DNA from: Chthonomonadales bacterium
GTDB taxonomy: Bacteria; Armatimonadota; Chthonomonadetes; Chthonomonadales; Chthonomonadaceae
Direction: 5' to 3'
NCBI GenBank assembly: GCA_038217285.1
Contig: JBBQPO010000134.1
Location: 1 to 16,352 of the forward strand
DNA: 16,352 nucleotides
Shown: positions 1 through 8,276 of the stretch, piece by piece
Numbering within the stretch: the first letter of the stretch is position 1
Layout of the letters: the number at the start of each line of letters is the position of its first letter
Program-made: the position numbers and the translations under genes
Notes under the pieces: generated by a model
Told to the model about the DNA's origin: nothing
The model's input: the letters and a program-made list of their open reading frames with translations, nothing else
Databases searched by the model: none

Positions 1-833
1 GCGGTAAAGGTGATCCCCGCGAAGCCTGCGGTGAAGGTGAGGGTGACGGGATAGTTGACGGTGCTGGTGGCGATGGGGAAGGTGGCGCTGCTCTGTCCGG
101 CGGGGATGGTGACCATTGCCGCAAAGGAGGCGGCCTGGGTATTGGAGCAGGTGACGGCCACCGTGATGCCGCCTGCCGGGGCAGGGCCGTCGAGACCGAG
201 AGTACCGGTGACGGTCTGACCCTGCGATGTGGTGCCGGGGCTGATGGAGAAGCTGCTGAGGTCGGGCGGATAGACGTTGAGGGTGGCTGTTTTGGTGAGG
301 CCGTTGACCGTGGCGGAGAGCGTGACGGCGGTCTGTGCGGCGACGGCGGTGGTCGAGACGGAGAAAGTCGCGGTGGTCTGCCCTGCCGCAACGCTGACAC
401 TGGCCGCAACGGTGGCGACGACTGCGTTGCCGCTGGAAAGATTGACGACGAGACCGCCCGGCCCTGCAGGGCTGGTGAGGGTGAGAGTTCCCGTGGAACT
501 GCTGCCGCCGATGACCCCGGCGGGCACGAGCACGAGGCTGCTGAGGGCAGGCACCGGGTTGACGGTGAGCGTGGTGGTCCGCGTCACTCCGTTGTAAGCG
601 GCGGAGAGGATGACACTGGTGGAGGCGGTGACGACGGTGGTGCTGACGGTGAAAGTCGCGGTGGTCTGGCCCTGCGCCACAGTGACACTGGAGGGTACGG
701 TCGCAGCCCCCATATTGCCGCTCGTAAGGGTGACGACGATGCCTCCAGCAGGCGCCGCCTGGCTCAAGGTGACGGTTCCCGTCGAGGCGCTGCCTCCGAT
801 GACCGGGCTGGGAGCGACGGAGACGGACGCCAA
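1..833 (-). repeat. Three tandem ~285-288 bp coding repeats (units ~833-555, ~545-267, ~260-edge)
   Basis: Shared motif L-S/A-S-x-x-x-x-P-x-x-(V-I-GG)...TGT-x-x-L...GG-x-x-V...GQ-T/S-T/S-ATF in each unit. The identical 18-mer gaaagtcgcggtggtctg occurs at 363-380 and 651-668, 288 bp apart. Confidence 0.85.
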
Positions 834-1271
834 CTGAAGCGTCCCGGCGACGACATCGAAGGCGGCGGAGGCGACACTCATGCTGTAGAAGCGCACCGTA
901 TAGCCGGCAGCCACCGTGGCCGTGCCGGGTGCGCCGACGGTAAACTGCAGGGTGGAACTGTTATAGCTTGCACTCCATCCGTTGGGACTGGTGGCAGTCG
1001 AAATGGTGGAACCTGCCAAAACTATATCCCACGGATAGGCCGATGGCGCGGACGTGCCGGTTTTGGCGAAGGTGGCGCTGCCTCCCGCCGGGACGGTGGG
1101 ATTGGCCTGGGCGCGAGCGGCGCTCGGCAGGACGAACCAGGCAAAGAGCAGGAGAAAGAAGGCGAGGCAGGGACCGAAGCGGCGCGTCAGAGCCTTTTCA
1201 GCAAGCGAGATCGGGGAGGTGGGCAGAGAGCGAACGTCGCGATCCTCTGCCGGTGTGATAACAGCCCACAT
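1..1271 (-). CDS. Secreted/surface Ser/Thr-rich protein with tandem Ig-like beta-sandwich repeats (partial, runs off the left edge)
   Basis: Translated by hand; not in the ORF track because it has no stop in the window. ATG at 1271-1269 is preceded by GGAGG, and the frame is open for 423 codons to the edge. N-terminus MWAVITPAEDRDVRSLPTSPISLAEKALTRRFGPCLAFFLLLFAWFVLPSAARA/Q has basic residues, a hydrophobic core and an AxA cleavage site. Repeats such as LASVSVAPSPVIGGSASTGTVTLSQAAPAGGIVVTLTSGN...VTVAQGQTTATFTVSTT...LSAAYNGVTRTTTLTV follow. Confidence 0.9.
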   Translation of the reverse strand, partial: MWAVITPAEDRDVRSLPTSPISLAEKALTRRFGPCLAFFLLLFAWFVLPSAARAQANPTVPAGGSATFAKTGTSAPSAYPWDIVLAGSTISTATSPNGWSASYNSSTLQFTVGAPGTATVAAGYTVRFYSMSVASAAFDVVAGTLQLASVSVAPSPVIGGSASTGTVTLSQAAPAGGIVVTLTSGNMGAATVPSSVTVAQGQTTATFTVSTTVVTASTSVILSAAYNGVTRTTTLTVNPVPALSSLVLVPAGVIGGSSSTGTLTLTSPAGPGGLVVNLSSGNAVVATVAASVSVAAGQTTATFSVSTTAVAAQTAVTLSATVNGLTKTATLNVYPPDLSSFSISPGTTSQGQTVTGTLGLDGPAPAGGITVAVTCSNTQAASFAAMVTIPAGQSSATFPIATSTVNYPVTLTFTAGFAGITFT

Positions 1272-1369
1272 AGCGAGTTCCTCCAACGTGTTCGGTGCCC
1301 ACCGAGAATGGCGTCTGAATATTGCGCGAGTGAAGATACCTCTGCGTCTCGGTTCAAAGCAATAGTGCC

Positions 1370-1398
1370 ATTATACACATTCGTTTAGCGTGTTTCAA
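1370..1398 (-). promoter_or_regulatory. sigma70-type promoter of the repeat-protein gene
   Basis: Minus strand reads TTGAAA (1398-1393), 17 nt, TATAAT (1375-1370), about 100 nt upstream of the ATG at 1271, in an AT-rich intergenic region. Confidence 0.75.
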
Positions 1399-1602
1399 GC
1401 AGAAACAAAAACATTTTTGCGCTTTGTTGTTTCAAACCTTCGCAAATGAATTGCATTTAGAAGTTTTTGTGCCGTTAGACCCGTCTTAGCACAAGCCCGA
1501 TGGCGTTTGACTTCGCACATGCACGGTCAAATAAATAGGACATAGTGCGCCGATTAAATTCCAATGACGGAACAAAAATATTGCGTCCTATGGCATCTCT
1601 GA

Positions 1603-2460
<858 letters not shown>

Positions 2461-2500
2461 GACCAACGCTCTCCGCTCGGTTCGGGAGAAATGCTCACCG

Positions 2501-3439
2501 ATGAAACATCTGCTCACGTTGCGCGAAACGTCCGCAACCGAACTACGCTACCTGCTGGACACCGCGACCGCTTTTCACGAAATACTGGGACGTCCGGTGA
2601 AGAAGGTGCCGACCCTGCGGGGGCGCGCTATGATCACCTGTTTCTATGAGAACTCGACGCGGACACGCACCTCCTTCGAAATGGCCGCCAAGATTATGAG
2701 CGCCGAGGCGATCAATATCGCGGTCGCGCAGTCGTCCGTCGCCAAGGGCGAAAGTCTGAAGGATACGATGCTGACACTGCAGGCGCTCAAGGCAGACTGC
2801 ATCGTCATCCGGCACCCGGCCTCCGGCGCAGCGCAGTTCGCGGCAGAGCATCTCGATATACCGGTCGTCAATGCGGGCGACGGTCGGCACGAACATCCGA
2901 CACAGGGCCTGCTGGATCTGCTGACGATCCGCCAGGTCAAGCGCGACATTGCGGGCCTCACCGTGGCGATCGTCGGCGACATCATGCACAGCCGGGTGGC
3001 GCGCTCCAACATCTGGGGGCTGACGCAACTCGGCGCGAAAGTCCGACTGATCGGCCCGCGCACGCTGCTGCCCCCGGACGCCGACCGCCTGCCCGTCGAG
3101 GTTTTCGACGATCTGCGCACCGGACTCGACGGCGTCGATGTGGTGAATGTGCTCCGGCTTCAGACGGAGCGGATGGAGAAGGGCCTGCTGCCCTCGCTGC
3201 GTGAATATTCGCGTCTTTTCGGAGTGACCGTTCCGGCTCTGAAAGCCGCCAAACCGGATGTGCTGGTGCTGCATCCCGGCCCGATGAACAGGGGAGTCGA
3301 GATCTCCGCCGATGTGGCCGACGGAAACTATGGCGTGCGCAGCGCCATTCAAGAACAGGTGACCAACGGTGTAGCGGTTCGGATGGCGGTTCTCTATGTG
3401 CTGATGAGCGCGCAGGGCGTCCCGACGACGGAGATTTAG
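2501..3439 (+). CDS. pyrB: Aspartate carbamoyltransferase catalytic subunit
   Basis: Motifs FYENSTRTRTSFE, NAGDGRHEHPTQGLLD, GDIMHSRVARSN, HPGPMNRGVEI and QVTNGVAVRMAVL. Start at ATG 2501 (MKHLLTL), with GGAG at 2485-2488. 312 aa. Confidence 0.97.
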   Translation: MKHLLTLRETSATELRYLLDTATAFHEILGRPVKKVPTLRGRAMITCFYENSTRTRTSFEMAAKIMSAEAINIAVAQSSVAKGESLKDTMLTLQALKADCIVIRHPASGAAQFAAEHLDIPVVNAGDGRHEHPTQGLLDLLTIRQVKRDIAGLTVAIVGDIMHSRVARSNIWGLTQLGAKVRLIGPRTLLPPDADRLPVEVFDDLRTGLDGVDVVNVLRLQTERMEKGLLPSLREYSRLFGVTVPALKAAKPDVLVLHPGPMNRGVEISADVADGNYGVRSAIQEQVTNGVAVRMAVLYVLMSAQGVPTTEI

Positions 3440-3455
3440 GCGATAGGAGAAGCGT

Positions 3456-4751
3456 TTGAGAACGATTTTGACCGGAGGCCGGGTCGTAGACCCGGCGCAA
3501 AATATCGACCGTGAGGCAGACGTTCTGATCGAGGACGGCAAGATCGTCGGCATCGTGGTGCCGGGAGAGAACGTCGGTGAAGCCGAAAAGATCGATGTGC
3601 GCGGCAAGGTGGTCGTACCCGGTCTGATCGACGTTCATGTCCACCTGCGGGAACCCGGCTTCGAGTATAAGGAAGACCTCGAAAGTGGTACCCGAGCGGC
3701 GGCAGTGGGGGGATTTACGCGCGTCTGCTGTATGCCGAACACGAACCCTGCCATCGACACGGCGGCAGTGGTGCGGCAGATTCTGGAGCGCACGGCCCAG
3801 GTCGGCAGCGCTCGTGTTCATCCGATCGGGGCGGCGACCCGCGCGATGGAGGGCGACCAACTGACGGAGATGGCCGAGCTCAAAGCCGCCGGAGCCGTCG
3901 CGATTTCCGACGACGCCTTTCCGCTTCAGCAGGCGGATACGATGCGACATGTCATGGAATACTGCAAAATGTTGGACCTACCGCTGATGACGCACAACGA
4001 AGACCAGCGGCTCACCGACAAAGGCGCGATGAACGAAGGCTACAACGCGACGATGCTGGGCATCCCCGGCATACCTCGTGTGGCGGAGGACATCGCCGTG
4101 GCCCGCAACATCATGCTGGCGAAGCTCACGGGCTGCAAGCTCCATCTGCTGCATATCTCGACGGCTGGAACGGTGGAACTGCTGCGGAGGGCCAAAGCCG
4201 ACGGCATCGCTGTCACCGGCGAAGCCTGTCCACACCACTGGGTTCTCACGGATGAGGCGGTGGTCGGATACCGCACGGACGCGAAGATGAACCCGCCGCT
4301 GCGCACGGAGGAGGACTGTGAAGCGATCCGGCAGGGCCTGAAAGACGGCACCATCGACGCCATCTCTACGGACCATGCGCCGCATGCCGAGTACGAGAAA
4401 GAGGTTGAGTTCGACTACGCTCCTTTCGGTATCCTTGGCCTGGAGACGTCGTTCCCGCTGGTCTACAGCACACTGGTGAAGCCGGGCATCCTGACTTTCT
4501 CGCAGGCCATCGCCAAAATGACGGTCGAGCCAGCCCGAGTGCTTGGCTGGACGGACGGCGTTGGAACGCTGAAACCCGGCGCGGACGCCGACATTACCGT
4601 CCTGGACCTGGAGGCGACATGGACCATCGACCGCAATGCCGTTCAGTCGAAATCCAAAAATACGCCGTTTCATGGCATGGAGGTTCAGGGCAGAGCGGTC
4701 TTCACGCTGCTCGGCGGTCGCGTGATCGATCTTCGACAGGAGCGCGCCTGA
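3456..4751 (+). CDS. pyrC: Dihydroorotase, class I (long type)
   Basis: Motifs PGLIDVHVHLREPG, MPNTNP, HIST, KMNPPLR and TDHAPH, with metal ligands intact. TTG start with AGGAG at 3445-3449. Confidence 0.96.
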   Translation: MRTILTGGRVVDPAQNIDREADVLIEDGKIVGIVVPGENVGEAEKIDVRGKVVVPGLIDVHVHLREPGFEYKEDLESGTRAAAVGGFTRVCCMPNTNPAIDTAAVVRQILERTAQVGSARVHPIGAATRAMEGDQLTEMAELKAAGAVAISDDAFPLQQADTMRHVMEYCKMLDLPLMTHNEDQRLTDKGAMNEGYNATMLGIPGIPRVAEDIAVARNIMLAKLTGCKLHLLHISTAGTVELLRRAKADGIAVTGEACPHHWVLTDEAVVGYRTDAKMNPPLRTEEDCEAIRQGLKDGTIDAISTDHAPHAEYEKEVEFDYAPFGILGLETSFPLVYSTLVKPGILTFSQAIAKMTVEPARVLGWTDGVGTLKPGADADITVLDLEATWTIDRNAVQSKSKNTPFHGMEVQGRAVFTLLGGRVIDLRQERA

Positions 4752-6385
4752 TGGCAAAAGCGACCCTGATCTATAAGAACGGCACAATTCTGACGATGGA
4801 CGAAGCGAATCCGAGAGTGGATGCGGTCGCCGTCGGAAGAGACGGACGTATCCTGGCGGTCGGAAGCGAAAGTCAGGTCGGCAGTCTTGCGGACTGGGAG
4901 ACACGGACGATAGATCTGCGCGGCAGAACCCTGATGCCCGGCTTCTTCGACTGCCATCTGCATCTCACCTGGCTCGGGATCAATCTCGGCCACGTCGATC
5001 TGAGTTCGCCGCCGGTGCGCGAGGTCGAAGACATCGTGCGGCTGCTGCGGACCCGGCTGGCGTCGAACCCGGATCTGAGCTGCGTGCAGGGCAACCGGTA
5101 CGATCAGAACCGGCTACCGGGGGCGCAGCATCCGACTCGGCACGATCTCGACCGTGTCTCGACCGAAGTACCGGTGCGAATCGTGCATACCAGCGGCCAT
5201 GCAGCGGTCGTGAACAGCCGGGCACTGACGATGCTGGGCATAACGCGGGAGACTCCCAATCCTGTCGGCGGCGAGATCGAGCGTGGGCCGGACGGCGAAC
5301 CGACGGGGGTTTTGCTGGAGACGGCGAGCTGGAACGACCTGGACCGTATTCTTCCGGAGGTGACCCCGAATGAGTCGGTGGCCGCTCTGGGCAGGGCGAA
5401 CGGCTATCTGCTGGAGCGCGGCATCACCAGTGCAACCGACGCCAATACGCCGCCCACGGAACTCGACACCTTTCGCCGCGCCGTCACCGACGGTGTGCTG
5501 CATACACGGACCAACCTGATGATCGGGTGGGCGGAGGTGGTCGCGCGGGCCGGTGAGGGGGCCATTCCGACGCCACAGGAGTTTGCGTTCGAGGGAATCG
5601 ACTGGCACTCGCTGAACGTCGGACAGGCCAAGCTCTTCTCGGATGGCGCGATCACGACCCGCACCTGCTGGCTCACGGAACCCTTTCGGAACATGCCCGA
5701 CAATCTCGGCATCCCGCTCCATCCCCCGGACGAACTGCGGGAGCTTATTCGTCTGGCGCACATTGCAGGCTGGCAGATCGCGACGCACGCCATCGGGGAT
5801 CGTGCCATCGATGTGGTGCTCACGGCGTATGCCGACGCGCAGCGCGAACAGACACGACCGAAGCCCGGGCACCGCATAGAACACTGTATGCTGCTCGATG
5901 CGGGTCTGATCGCTCGCCTGCGTCGGCAGAATGTCTGGAGCATCGGACAGCCCGAGTTTCTCTCCAGGCTCGGCGATGCCTATGTGTTGGCGCTGGATGA
6001 GGAGCGCGCGAATCGGCTCTCGCCCTATGCCACCCTCGACCGTCAGAACGTCGCCCAGGCGTTCAGCTCCGACTGTCCGGTCGTACCGGGCGCTCCGCTG
6101 GACGGCATTCGCGCCGCGATGGAACGCAAGACAAACAGCGGCCGCATTCTGAACGCGGCAGAGCGTGTGTCGGCCGAAGCGGCTCTGTACGCCTATACAG
6201 CCGCCCCTGCGTTCGCGTCTCGCGCGGACCGGGACCGGGGAACGCTCGAAACGGGCAAATTTGCGGACTTCGTGCTGCTGACGGCCGATCCCACGACCAC
6301 GCCTGTCGCGGAGTGGGAACAGGTGAAGGTGGCTGCAACCATTATCGGCGGAGAGTGTCGCTACGGCGAAGAGACATTGGATTAG
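4751..6385 (+). CDS. Amidohydrolase_3 / YtcJ-like metal-dependent amidohydrolase (substrate unknown)
   Basis: Motifs PGFFDCHLH, SGHAAVVNSRAL, KLFSDGAITTRT, THAIGDRA, RIEHC, FSSDCPV and GTLETGKFADFVLL. ATG 4751 overlaps the pyrC stop (TGATG). 544 aa. Confidence 0.9.
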   Translation: MAKATLIYKNGTILTMDEANPRVDAVAVGRDGRILAVGSESQVGSLADWETRTIDLRGRTLMPGFFDCHLHLTWLGINLGHVDLSSPPVREVEDIVRLLRTRLASNPDLSCVQGNRYDQNRLPGAQHPTRHDLDRVSTEVPVRIVHTSGHAAVVNSRALTMLGITRETPNPVGGEIERGPDGEPTGVLLETASWNDLDRILPEVTPNESVAALGRANGYLLERGITSATDANTPPTELDTFRRAVTDGVLHTRTNLMIGWAEVVARAGEGAIPTPQEFAFEGIDWHSLNVGQAKLFSDGAITTRTCWLTEPFRNMPDNLGIPLHPPDELRELIRLAHIAGWQIATHAIGDRAIDVVLTAYADAQREQTRPKPGHRIEHCMLLDAGLIARLRRQNVWSIGQPEFLSRLGDAYVLALDEERANRLSPYATLDRQNVAQAFSSDCPVVPGAPLDGIRAAMERKTNSGRILNAAERVSAEAALYAYTAAPAFASRADRDRGTLETGKFADFVLLTADPTTTPVAEWEQVKVAATIIGGECRYGEETLD

Positions 6386-6391
6386 GAATCT

Positions 6392-7516
6392 ATGAAAGCA
6401 ATTCTTGCACTGGAAGACGGAACTCTGTTCCATGGGGAATCCCTGGGAGCGCCGGGTCGCGCTTATGGCGAAGTCGTCTTCAATACCGGTATGACGGGCT
6501 ATCAGGAGATTCTGACCGATCCCTCCTATGCGGGACAGATGGTCAGTCTGACCTACCCGCTCATCGGCAACTACGGCATCAATCCCGACGATTTCGAGTC
6601 TCGGCGGGTGCAGGTGGAAGGCTTCATTGTGCGGGAAGCCGCCGAACTGGCCAGCAACTGGCGCTCGGCGCAGAGCCTGGATGGGTTTCTGAAAGCTCGA
6701 CAGGTGGTCGGGATTCAGGGGATAGATACCCGGGCGCTGACGCGGGCGCTCCGGGTGCGCGGCGTGATGATGGGAGCGATCTCCACGGACGAGACGCCGG
6801 ACGAGATCCTGGCCCGCCTGCATGCCGCGCCCGGCTATGCAGGCATCGATTTCGCCCGCAGAGTCACGACCGAGCAGCCGTATCGCTGGCGCACCGACAG
6901 TCTCCAGCCGGAACCGCTCGATGCACCGGTCGCAAGCGGAGAGACATCGCGTGCGGAGCCGCGCTACCGCATCGCTCTGCTCGACTGTGGGGTCAAGTAC
7001 AATATCATTCGGAGTCTCGCAGCACTGGGGTGTGAAGTCACGGTCTTCCCGTGCACGACCTCGGCGCCCGACCTCCTGCGCGACAACCCGGATGGCATCA
7101 TGCTCTCCCCCGGCCCCGGTGATCCGGACCAGTACGACTATATCGTGGACACGGTTCGAGAGCTCGTCGGCAAGAAGCCTATTATGGGCGTCTGTCTGGG
7201 AAATCAGATTCTGGGGAAGGTATTCGGCAGCGGCACGTTCAAGTTGAAGTTTGGGCATCGCGGCAGCAACCATCCTGTTAAAGACCTGACATCCGGCAAG
7301 GTCTATATTACGTCTCAGAATCATGGCTATGCCCTGGACCCCGACGGTCTTCGGAACGGAATGGAAGTCGCACACGTCAATCTGAATGACGGCACGGTCG
7401 AAGGCTTACGCCACCGAGAACTTCCAATTTTTTCGATCCAGTATCATCCCGAAGCGAGCCCCGGACCGACCGACAGCGCCTTCTTTTTCGAACAGTTCGT
7501 ATCCATGTTGAAATGA
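6392..7516 (+). CDS. carA: Carbamoyl-phosphate synthase small (glutaminase) subunit
   Basis: Motifs GEVVFNTGMTGYQEILTDPSYAGQ, GIDTRALTR, SPGPGDP, GVCLGNQ (catalytic Cys), KFGHRGSNHPV, TSQNHGYA and QYHPEASPGP. Confidence 0.97.
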   Translation: MKAILALEDGTLFHGESLGAPGRAYGEVVFNTGMTGYQEILTDPSYAGQMVSLTYPLIGNYGINPDDFESRRVQVEGFIVREAAELASNWRSAQSLDGFLKARQVVGIQGIDTRALTRALRVRGVMMGAISTDETPDEILARLHAAPGYAGIDFARRVTTEQPYRWRTDSLQPEPLDAPVASGETSRAEPRYRIALLDCGVKYNIIRSLAALGCEVTVFPCTTSAPDLLRDNPDGIMLSPGPGDPDQYDYIVDTVRELVGKKPIMGVCLGNQILGKVFGSGTFKLKFGHRGSNHPVKDLTSGKVYITSQNHGYALDPDGLRNGMEVAHVNLNDGTVEGLRHRELPIFSIQYHPEASPGPTDSAFFFEQFVSMLK

Positions 7517-7541
7517 TGTCATCACAGAGGAGGGGAACCTC

Positions 7542-8276
7542 ATGCCGACTCTTGTCACCACCGGGGACGCAGGCGCGCCGAAACCGCACGCTATTCACCG
7601 CCGCGGGTTCGGTCCCAAACGAATGTCGATCCTCTTCATCCTGTTGATGTTTCTGGTCGTGTTGATGTTGATGTTCGCCTCAGACTTCATTCCGTCAAAA
7701 TCGATGCAGCCTACCCTGGAACCGGGGGATCATATTCTGGCGCTGCGGGCATGGATCGCGTATCCGAACAGTTCGATGCCCTCCCGCGGCGACATCATTA
7801 CGTTTCGCATTCCGGTAGCGCAGTTGGATGGCCCGGACGCTCAGCCTCCTCCTGCTCCGGATCCGAGCACTCAGGATCCCAATGCGGACGGTGAGGCTGA
7901 CAAAGCAAATTTCGCCGGATTCTTCCAGTCCCATGCGAAGACAGAGGTGCTGATCAAGCGGGTGATCGGCCTGCCGGGAGACAAAGTCCTGCTCAAAGGC
8001 AACGTCGTCTACATCAACGGTAAGATCTTAAAGGAAAACTATAAGACAGTTCCGGCAGATGTCGAGGACAACAACATGGCATCGTATGCCGTCGTCACTC
8101 CGCTCGTCGTGCCGCCAGGGGAGCTTTTCGTGATCGGCGACAATCGCCATAACAGCGACGACGGGCGATTCTGGGGCACCTTGAAACGCAGATATGTTAT
8201 CGGGCGGTTCGTACATACCCTCTATAACGAAGGCGCGAATGGGCCGAACGTGCTGCGGGCGCAAAGCGAGCAGTGA
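7542..8276 (+). CDS. lepB: Signal peptidase I (S26 family)
   Basis: One N-terminal TM segment; IPSKSMQPTLEPGD (catalytic Ser), LIKRVIGLPGD (catalytic Lys) and VIGDNRHNSDDGRFWG. Strong SD GAGGAGG. May be one of several paralogues in the genome. Confidence 0.92.
   Translation: MPTLVTTGDAGAPKPHAIHRRGFGPKRMSILFILLMFLVVLMLMFASDFIPSKSMQPTLEPGDHILALRAWIAYPNSSMPSRGDIITFRIPVAQLDGPDAQPPPAPDPSTQDPNADGEADKANFAGFFQSHAKTEVLIKRVIGLPGDKVLLKGNVVYINGKILKENYKTVPADVEDNNMASYAVVTPLVVPPGELFVIGDNRHNSDDGRFWGTLKRRYVIGRFVHTLYNEGANGPNVLRAQSEQ

Noticed and set aside
277-1365. + strand ORFs 277-597, 610-837, 968-1258 and 1054-1365
   Set aside because: Antisense shadows of the real minus-strand gene 1-1271, which has an SD, promoter and signal peptide.
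1330-1370. GAGACGCAGAG in the leader of the minus-strand gene as a c-di-GMP-I riboswitch
   Set aside because: No GGCAAA...GAAA-tetraloop stem and no supporting pairing.
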